Origin: a bacterium
GTDB lineage: Bacteria; Cyanobacteriota; Vampirovibrionia; Obscuribacterales; JAKAZS01
Assembly (NCBI GenBank): GCA_021815785.1
Contig: JAKAZS010000002.1
Coordinates: forward strand, 248-64,247
Direction of reading: 5' to 3'
DNA length: 64,000 nt
Part shown: in pieces, positions 59,601 through 64,000 of the stretch
Position numbering within the stretch: position 1 is the stretch's first letter
How the letters are laid out: every line of letters starts with the position of its first letter
Notes under the pieces: model-generated
The model's input: only the letters and a program-made list of their open reading frames with translations
Told to the model about the DNA's origin: nothing
Database searches by the model: none
Program-made: the position numbers and the translations under genes

Positions 59601-62600
59601 GGCGGTAATATTGACGTCTATGGTTATGATTTAACGATAACTGGTTCGACCCTAACCTTAAATGCTAATGCAAGCTCAAACAATGGTAATGGTGGTTTAA
59701 TGAATATTGTGGCTAACGATCCAACAACTGCTGGAGCTGTTACTATTGGTAGTGTAGCTGGCGATCTGGTTATTTCAGCTACTGGTGGTAATGCAGGGAA
59801 CCAAGCCATGGGTAATAACATCACTAATGGAGGAAGTGTTAATATATCATCAGCTAATAATGTTACGATTAATCCAGGATCATTAAGCCTAAACGGAACC
59901 GGCACAGGTGGCTTTTTATTTGCCTCCGCTGGAGTACAGGCTCTATCCAGTAACAGCTACCAATTCACTTCTGGCAATGTGTTAATAACGGGAAGCCTAA
60001 ATTTTTCGGGCTATGCCTTTAATTATGGCGGAACAATTAATATTCAATCTCGTTCCGCCACAGCTTTTAATCTTGGTGGCAGTATTTTAACTAACGGTCT
60101 TGAGGGAAATATAAATGTAACAGGTGGAACCGGTGGAACTGTTAATTTAACTAATTATGGATCCGGTGGTCTGGTTATCAATCCAAGTGATTTAAGCATT
60201 AATGGTACATACAGTAGCGGTGGATTCCTTGGTTTATATGGATATACTCCCAACGTATACAATCCTCTTGGGGGTGGTTCATCAAGCCCACGACCAGCTG
60301 GTGGTTTTGAAGGAGCAGTTACCATAACTAATGGCACGCTTAATGACAGTGGTTATAACAATGTCTATTTATCAGCTCAATATTCAACTACACCTGGCAG
60401 TATAACTATTGACGGCAGTTATCTTAATTTAAGTGGCAGTGGCATCAATCCCTTAACAATTATGGCTAATGGTGCGATCCAGGCTAATGGCACCAGTATA
60501 AATATCAATTTAAATGGAGCTGGTAGCAATTTAACTATCGGCAACAGTTTAGGGGATTTGTCCATTGTCGATAACGGTGGAACTTACATTAATAGTTCTG
60601 CTGGTACTGCTGGCAATGTCAGTATAAGTACTGGTGGCAGTTTAACTGTAAACACTACCAATCTTCAACTTAATAGCACAACTGTACCAATAGCTAATTT
60701 AACATATACATCGATTCCAGCTGGGTCACTAACTTTATCAGCTGGTAATAATGGTAATGGCAACTTACTAATTAATGGATCGTTAAATATAAATTCATTT
60801 CAAACTATTGCTAATACATATTACAACGCTTTAACAGGTGGAACAATTAATTTAACGAGTAATAGCAACAGCCCATTTGTTGTTGCCAATACAGCTACAA
60901 TTAATGGCATAACCGGCAGTATTAATGTGAATGGTCTCGGTGGGAGTGCAAGTGCTGGATCTATTACCATTACCAATAATGGCAATGGTGGCATTGATGT
61001 TACTAATCCTTCTTACATTATGGCAAGTGGCTATAACGGTGGCTTCGTAACCCTGGGCGGTATTCCCAATAACAGCTATACTTCTACACCAAATTACTAT
61101 GGCGTATATGGACCAATTATTAATAATAAGCCAACTGGTCCAGTCACTATTGCCAGTGGAACCCTTAATGTAAGCAGTAATGATTATGGACAGAATTACT
61201 TTTTAAACAATATTACAGCACCAATTTATGGTATTGAAAACGGTGGCAATGTAAATATTCTAGCTACTAATTTAAACATAACTGGTAGCAGTAATTTAAA
61301 TATATTAGCTAACGGTGGTGGTTTTGGCAATGGGGGAACAATTAGTATCACCTCAACAGCTCGAGGTGATAATTTGAATATTGGATCAGCAGTCAATGAT
61401 CTTAATTTATCGGCTACAGCTGGCAGCCCTGGACTCGACAATTCGGCGTCGTCAAGTATTACAGCCGGCAGTATTAATATTTATGCTGGCAGCAATATTA
61501 TTGTAAATTCAGCCAATTTAAATGTTGCTAATAATTTAACATCAACATCAACAAATACTTCGCAAATTAACGGTGGTAGTATAGGACTATATGCCGGCTT
61601 TGTTCCTCAAGTACATACCAGTTATAATGATGTCAACGTTTATAATGGCAATCTAATTATTACGGGTAATCTTAATGTTAATGGAGCTTACGAGGGTAGC
61701 GGCGGGAATTTAAATTTATACTGGAATTCGGCCAATGTATTTCAGTTAGATTCAGCTACTACTCCTAATAATGGTACAACTGGAATTTTAACAGCTAATT
61801 CCGAATATGGTTCAAGCAGCGTAAACAGTTTCAGGAGTAATGGTGGTAGTATTACCCTGGTTAATATGACTAATTTCAACTATGGTGGAATCAATATTGC
61901 TAATGCAAATGATTTATCAGCTATAGCTTCTGACGGCAATGGTGGCAATATTACAATCGATAATAACTATCAAGGCGGAAATATAACTATCGGCAGTGGT
62001 ATATTATCAGTTAACGCAACTAGTTCACCTAGTACAAACTATTATGGTGGCAATATCGTTATTGGTGGACAAAGTTCAACTAGACAGATGTCCTATCAAA
62101 ATATCAATATAAATGGAATCTTAAGCCTAACCGCTAACAGTTCAAACAATAATGCAATTGCTGGCTCCATTTCGCTGACTGGATACAATATAAATGTAAA
62201 TTCAGTTACAGGAAGCTTATTTTTAAGTGCTTTGGGCCAAGTGATTAGCTCAAATGTTAACACTATTAATATTGAAGCTGCCAGTCCAAATGCCAGTTTA
62301 AATATTGGGACAGGATTTGATAATATATCCGTAGCGGTCACGCCAAACCAATTCTCAACAAACGGACATTACGTATTTTCACCAAACATAAGTATACTTT
62401 CCGGTGGCAATTTAACCGTTAATCCAGCTGGCATAATATTAGCCAACTATAATAACCAAAACACAATTAATTTAACTCTAGCAGCTGGTGCCCCAATATT
62501 TAGCAATGACGCTTCAGTTGGACTAGGTAACTTGGTTATAACCGGAAATTTAAATTATGGAGCCGGATCCAACATTTACCTTATCAGTAATTCCAATAAT

Positions 62601-64000
62601 CCATTTGACATTGGTTCTTCAACTTTACCTTATAATGGCATCGAAGGCAGTATTACCGGAAGCTCACCAATAATTGGTGGTAATGGTGGCAGTGTTTATG
62701 TAACGAATCTAGGTATTGGCGGAATAACACTAAACTCAGACACAAATATTAATGTAGCAAGTTACGGTGGTAATGGTGGCACTGTAGAATTAGGCTATGT
62801 TCGCGACATAATTCCTTTTTATAGTAATCTCGATATTGATACTACTAATGGTCAGCTAACTTTGCCAGGTGGTAATATTAATACTAGTGGAACGGGCTTT
62901 AATTCAAACAATGGTCAGATAATTTTGGCTGGCAGTAATATAAACACTTCTAATACTGCCAATTTAGAATTAGTTAATAATGGCTATACGACAAATAATA
63001 ATTTAACGTCTGGTGCCTATAATGTTCAAATAATTGATAACAGTTCAACTGGTACTTTTAACATTGGAACTAGTTCTGGTCAAATCAGTATTCAGGCAAA
63101 TTTAAATGAAACTAATAATGGATCAGCAAGTTCCAGTAATTCTATCGAAATATCTACGCAAAACAACTTAACAGTTGATCCAAGCGCAATTCAACTTGTC
63201 ATTTCGGGAACTAATGCTAATCAAGCTGCGTTATCCTTATATTCAGCCAAAAATTTACTTATCACTCATCCGCTTAATTTAACTGGATTGGGCAATGGTC
63301 TTGGTGGAGCAGTTACTTTATTATCTAATAGCTCAAGTCCCTTTACCGTAGGGGGATCTTCATTAATCAACGGTATTCAAGGATCAATTAATGTTAGCGG
63401 AGGAAATAGTGGAGCTGCTGGTTCAATTTATATAGCTAATTATGGCAGTGGTGGCATGGTTGTAAACAATCCTTCAACAAATCTAATACTAACTACCAAT
63501 AATGGTAATGGAGGAATTTTAACTTTAGAAACCCAAAATTATTCCAGTTCAAACCAAACTCAGTCGCTAGCCAGTTTAACTATTAATACGGGAAGTAGTG
63601 GTGATAGTTTAAACGTTAATGGCAGTTATGGTAACGGCGGAACCATAAATATTAATACAGCCAGTTTAATTGTAAGTGGCGGTCCCTTAACCATAAATGC
63701 TATAGGAGGCAGTAACTCAGGCATTAATTCTTATGTAACCGGTGGTACCATAAATATCCTATCCAGTTTAGCGACTTCCAACCTTACCATTGGTAATGGG
63801 AATGGTAGCCTTGAACTAAACACTAACAGTCCAACTTATGCAAATGCCAATGGTGGCACAGTTGTTGTAATCGCCGGCGAAAATCTTAGTGTAAATAGCA
63901 GTTTTTTATATATTAACCCTGGAGCTAATAGTGGAAATGGGGGCAACATTATATTATTTGCTGGCGCTAGTGGTTACGGCAATCTAACAGTTAACGGCAA
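47700..64000 (+). CDS. Giant secreted repeat protein (beta-solenoid/adhesin-like), 5' part only, continues beyond the window
   Basis: ATG at 47700, with an in-frame TGA at 47682 and a GGAG Shine-Dalgarno upstream. I translated by hand continuously to ~51000 and spot-checked to 64000 without meeting a stop. There is a long signal leader ending 'LLMPQSALA|QSV', followed by Gly/Asn/Ser/Thr-rich repeats with recurring GNGG(N/S/T) boxes. It is absent from the ORF track, presumably because no stop lies inside the window. Confidence 0.9.
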   Translation, partial: MFINAVNTFSKLIFTAKTRPRLISHQKVLNIIMTFTFGLTALLMPQSALAQSVNANAITHATYQHQLANEATLVQSASQTHITNDLNAILHNVVNNSLDLSSIIHDISAYSITGFHNVSITQGGLHDIITNNAVLTPAETVAVMQVLNHNSQNLILNTNGQAIGGYFNLSTANSNLGGSVLIPNNVTAIDKANSLSINGDLANYGNIYIIGNEKSALIETAGIYNAQSGLITSNNLNLNLGSATGFVHDTNVNLLSNSNFINQGNISSSGNLNIQAQGDMINSNIVTNTTNANLTANDNLSLATGSGYLYNDGIINAITGNINISSSADLNLTNINGTIGANNGSIYINDSSLNNINNIYLNFGNYAASDININAVNSNVYANYVNLNGVLNINANQSHIMANSNNLLIGNQNINGDPTYFNQGNITITGAIATSGNPLAIIASGNISSNSGSSISTASSTGNGGNILLVAGANFIPTTGGTSGSTSGTGDTTTTITIQGGSNSGGVIDLNGGNGGSGALTALTTVSTSTTAGSQSGGNIEMIAFGGNNPFATVTGSASLPGTVNLPNSITIEAGGAGSGSNGNLTIMAGAYGGTSINGTSTNFTSTGGTGGNGSINLYTQAPVLSSNNFISVLNGAVTAGSFIPGLTNNASISFGNITTSTTSDVIMAGNNVTVGTISNLNTVSSNSDSVTINAANGTLTLTGNGSGSVAVDVSGAASVSSAGAMTLSAQKIVMNASSTGVIILNANGNGNNQAAGSITLNLYGNNPVNIGTSSGDLSLSATGSALGTSSFYDGVISINAYNSINVTSSSALSVGASTGASNSAGGSVSINAGVNNPGFGNVFISGGLSVNGLNSGQGGLVNLSENSSTAFVIGSSATNNGITGLLSANSGLTTGTNAGSISVINNGSGGINLSSLANISLTTFNNGGSLTLNANGGDLTLPAGTINVDGVGSNSNGGNLALIGQNINYGTTAGLSLTANATGTGNGGNITVDSLASNSTLNIGPSVNDITLSATGGSSSSASGNGGSINIGTAGILNIANGSVSLGPLGTNGNGGNLTINQTDYSIANNLTMTGTLNLNGIGTGNGGNFTLLTSSTETVTLPGTISANAGLTGINAGIINITDNGYGGSINFSSALAISANAVAGGGASNGFNNLNNISVIAPNTIVNFNGGSINSNTSIGGGSINLSADNIINSGSAITLSANSTNGNGGYITMATTSGLGNITVGSATGNFQFNATGGGTTSGSGGTVSIDAGGNLNVDANYLNVIPSATATAGNGGNITLATGIANSISGGSLTITDSATSGTIGLNANATGTGNGGSINITVNDAQNYINSNFDKLFTLNVNTNIYANGGSLGGNGGTININNTYDSSINFANSVTVNANSPNGNGGAINIQSSQFSPQNAGSLVFAGSNTLSATGGSNAFTSGGQINLVASNIVNNDLVNPLNLNVSVTGNSATGGSINLNTYGSLTVGSSGGDIAINASTGNVNDTAGTETRPNITLTVNNNLDLTSATSAFNIAGLGNNVSGGNVSLTQNNSSNGLLSINQAINLNSAGSGYSPGNISLYANNLMTINSNLSASSPANTTSTVAGSITIKDNSTANLNLQNGLIFDVSNLNSTSQGSAGSITLTANNITYTGTSTAPALSLNANSVIGYGGQIYLNSNQGNIAIGTGSNDITANISGSNNAQNGSLYLNASQETVNIDPAGIISNPNSNSGGVAITLSGSGNTLNIASSTNTPLAVSGNYGFISLNVTGQINIDAPLTANSASGNGSSSITINDQLSANALSGINFGANASLQATSTTYAGTISVSAPTINILSAPLIMNVNTTGSGYAGGTIKISTSQANSNLTIGSSTGDIEIKAQTGSSTDNSLELASTVNVTAGGNLTVNSNSLLANGLGSNANGANIILASGHVYRGVSGYLSLPGNMNIGNTLINGVLNVSGIGSGNGGSLSIYSDSTSAFTIGTSTGISNGVTNTITANSGNTSTSGGSIYIANYGNGGITDNNLSDIAVATTTNSSGSISLNAFMGNLNMVTTSTNATLASSSGSSSNGGAITLIGNNINVTGSNPLIISSQALGNGATGATIKLGTITPSANITIGNTTGTTNDMEINASVGNSGDVSTETGANVTISASGNLTINPTYLNTQTVGTFANGSTLNLTAGASENTGNLLINGNLSVNSGSSTGNGGTLNLTSNSLIPFEVSPSSISTNAVIGTLSATGIGTGGTISITNNGGNISIPALTNLSLSPGSNLNLAAADNIISIASGILNLSGTASSINGGNVNIYAGTIAVTGSSALTINTTGYNSAGTSTGGNVVINLTNTLSGLTIGNNAGNVSINTTGIDAGNITLTTGGNLNIDQAYLLASTTATGVFNGNAGNIAITAGTNGSGNLTIADAGNQAINLAGNAGGNGGNFSVTAPGLITLPSSITVSSGTTSGNTGQLEVIGGNGIAFPSTTAITLSANGSYPLSGNTNIIILYAGSGNLNLDNGGTISAQNLTANGFNISPNLFNVSIIAQNIINPNKLLIIDTNGTSTAVGANVNLESLASGANLIIGSGNGDIAINNSGANNSTSYSSITNIISAGSLTVNTTNLNTVTIDATVGSAFSNGASVTLTSGTLNSGSGMIINGNLNVNGLSTGNGGIISIANYSNADININGNLSANANYGSGVGPGGNGGSITVTNYGNGNVNFTNTTSQAINADSPYGNAGNINITAKQGNVTFAANTLISANTGNYSDKGVQTGNGGNITIAGNDLTTANGNLALVANANSGQAGSISINTYASTSNLTVGNASGNIEISANGGTNNAYGGSSETVSAGGNLTVNPAQLMLSNYNSLNSSGSGLNVTLASGNNGINPGNLLINGSLNLNSISGSGDSLTLTSNSTTAFTIGGTGLTTNEISGSINLGYFGSSTGAAGSLTVNNFGTGGITLASLNNLNFTSSNQAGSLTLNASNGNITLPGGNLNLTGNNIIISGSTNSGTGGSVSLTGQAINVTGSTALTLNVSNSGNNSQVYYTSNININIDGYGNSLTIGNAANDIAIIANTGSSYQTLLNPNLTTSANTSSVNINLFDYYGNLSLNGNGLSNTIDSLSQAVNTTYTDLNVNYNNQSSATTANSYLGGNLTISGPIITYGGNININAYTDTSVNSSPLTITGLLQANGYESAQININNYGNSGITLNSATINDTSYKYSNPLININANYTDSSSAITFNNSILNVNSYSGVGYEPSFNNGNEVSLAAGNIIITNGANSSILANGLGVEPGQSISIVTQSGNLNIGTGNGQLSLSATGGSVNSIFSNGGSISIQDLTGNITLAPSGITASSLAQNGNGAAYNLQAGVNTKSNNNYQGLQANLIISGSLSANGNGIGNGGSIKLDSTSTNSFTTGLTATPINGIEGSISVNAGLNGGNAGSIVINNYGSGGITITNTTDLIASAALGNQGSITLTANYNYYSAAVTFVNSGTINLSAPSGSNGNGGNLTINANSINLNSPGLTVNLNGNGSGSGGSFTFFSSGGLFNNGLLTVNANGGVTGDGGDIYIYQNGQNYENLIVGSASGDINISANGGSTSGNAGSVNLYNNLTYSSPAQSIAINPSNLSLTAISGNGGSLSINASNILITGGLNLNGAGTGNGGNLTITQTSNTSFSVDGGAGIANGIQGNVTANGGSTSGNAGIITFNLSNSAGLNLASATAIQASSSNGNGGNISLTNVNGTITIPTGTINLNGTGSSGNGGYLYISSADLNVTGPSGTLNVNANGAGNGNGGNVVINLTDPLNSSLTVGSNNDNLAISANGGSSGNNKVNAGSVSLTATNITVAMSSLSLATLSTNGNGGSLTLSNTISNIGAINLTGNINLAGTGNGNGGNFTIDDSSTSAFNAPTKINVDSGLAGGKGGVISLNQYGSGGINFASAVNITADSINANAGNITINSIESNGFAQTIVYSPITFTGGGTISASATLGSSISGNGGNIDVYGYDLTITGSTLTLNANASSNNGNGGLMNIVANDPTTAGAVTIGSVAGDLVISATGGNAGNQAMGNNITNGGSVNISSANNVTINPGSLSLNGTGTGGFLFASAGVQALSSNSYQFTSGNVLITGSLNFSGYAFNYGGTINIQSRSATAFNLGGSILTNGLEGNINVTGGTGGTVNLTNYGSGGLVINPSDLSINGTYSSGGFLGLYGYTPNVYNPLGGGSSSPRPAGGFEGAVTITNGTLNDSGYNNVYLSAQYSTTPGSITIDGSYLNLSGSGINPLTIMANGAIQANGTSININLNGAGSNLTIGNSLGDLSIVDNGGTYINSSAGTAGNVSISTGGSLTVNTTNLQLNSTTVPIANLTYTSIPAGSLTLSAGNNGNGNLLINGSLNINSFQTIANTYYNALTGGTINLTSNSNSPFVVANTATINGITGSINVNGLGGSASAGSITITNNGNGGIDVTNPSYIMASGYNGGFVTLGGIPNNSYTSTPNYYGVYGPIINNKPTGPVTIASGTLNVSSNDYGQNYFLNNITAPIYGIENGGNVNILATNLNITGSSNLNILANGGGFGNGGTISITSTARGDNLNIGSAVNDLNLSATAGSPGLDNSASSSITAGSINIYAGSNIIVNSANLNVANNLTSTSTNTSQINGGSIGLYAGFVPQVHTSYNDVNVYNGNLIITGNLNVNGAYEGSGGNLNLYWNSANVFQLDSATTPNNGTTGILTANSEYGSSSVNSFRSNGGSITLVNMTNFNYGGINIANANDLSAIASDGNGGNITIDNNYQGGNITIGSGILSVNATSSPSTNYYGGNIVIGGQSSTRQMSYQNININGILSLTANSSNNNAIAGSISLTGYNINVNSVTGSLFLSALGQVISSNVNTINIEAASPNASLNIGTGFDNISVAVTPNQFSTNGHYVFSPNISILSGGNLTVNPAGIILANYNNQNTINLTLAAGAPIFSNDASVGLGNLVITGNLNYGAGSNIYLISNSNNPFDIGSSTLPYNGIEGSITGSSPIIGGNGGSVYVTNLGIGGITLNSDTNINVASYGGNGGTVELGYVRDIIPFYSNLDIDTTNGQLTLPGGNINTSGTGFNSNNGQIILAGSNINTSNTANLELVNNGYTTNNNLTSGAYNVQIIDNSSTGTFNIGTSSGQISIQANLNETNNGSASSSNSIEISTQNNLTVDPSAIQLVISGTNANQAALSLYSAKNLLITHPLNLTGLGNGLGGAVTLLSNSSSPFTVGGSSLINGIQGSINVSGGNSGAAGSIYIANYGSGGMVVNNPSTNLILTTNNGNGGILTLETQNYSSSNQTQSLASLTINTGSSGDSLNVNGSYGNGGTININTASLIVSGGPLTINAIGGSNSGINSYVTGGTINILSSLATSNLTIGNGNGSLELNTNSPTYANANGGTVVVIAGENLSVNSSFLYINPGANSGNGGNIILFAGASGYGNLTVNG

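Noticed and set aside
48956-62341. About 30 minus-strand ORFs of 60-269 aa listed in the track (for example 49472..49954, 53699..54136, 54137..54556, 58676..59485), all Pro/Leu/Val/Ile-rich.
   Set aside because: They are antisense shadows of the giant + strand ORF. The reverse complements of its abundant GGT/GGC/AAT/ACC/AGT codons give Pro/Ile/Leu/Val-rich, stop-poor frames. They are short and discontinuous and have no start context or recognisable motifs, while the opposite strand is open for 16.3 kb.
47700-64000. Periodic repetition that might suggest a CRISPR array or a satellite/tandem DNA repeat.
   Set aside because: There are no identical direct repeats separated by unique spacers. The periodicity exists at the protein-motif level inside a single open frame, and the DNA copies are diverged.
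1-64000. A search for tRNA, rRNA, tmRNA, integrase/transposase genes, prophage or defence-island content.
   Set aside because: No intergenic segment showed cloverleaf-like GC-rich stems or rRNA-like sequence, and no ORF carried recombinase, transposase or phage hallmark motifs. Apart from the giant gene, the window looks like core chromosome.

Overview
This is a low-GC (roughly one-third G+C by eye) bacterial chromosomal segment with standard stop codons and frequent TTG/GTG starts. Positions 1-47,300 are densely packed, mostly housekeeping genes. They include hemW, recD2, nadK-murT, an FHA-domain protein, ilvE, a yifB/comM-type ATPase, a GAF/LuxR regulator, a degenerate LamB/YcsF paralog and an ECF sigma/anti-sigma/LTXXQ module. 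Further along are a retropepsin-like (DTG) + TPR protein, kdsA, a GH57 branching enzyme, pyk, and a complete SUF operon (sufR <> sufC-B-D-Rieske-sufS-sufU-DUF59). The block ends with a nucleoside hydrolase, aroQ, a membrane-anchored PHP-domain protein, an orphan TadG-like/TadE-like pair, and a pepN-OMP-skp operon. kdsA and skp point to a diderm. A divergently transcribed sufR is a cyanobacteria-type trait, so a non-photosynthetic cyanobacterial relative or another candidate-phylum diderm is possible, but this is only a weak inference. I found no rRNA, tRNA, CRISPR array, integrase or transposase. The main observation is that the last 16.3 kb (47700 to the window edge) is one uninterrupted + strand reading frame that is missing from the supplied ORF track. 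It encodes at least 5,433 aa of a Gly/Asn/Ser/Thr-rich protein with a long signal leader and degenerate ~230-290 aa super-modules marked by GNGG boxes. It looks like a beta-solenoid adhesin. All minus-strand ORFs listed in that region are antisense shadows of it. Smaller oddities include a 19-bp tandem repeat that triplicates the hemW start codon, an in-frame 12-bp (LEPG)n repeat, and a terminator-like hairpin in the giant-gene leader. There are also several intergenic inverted or direct repeats and some degenerate or orphan family members.
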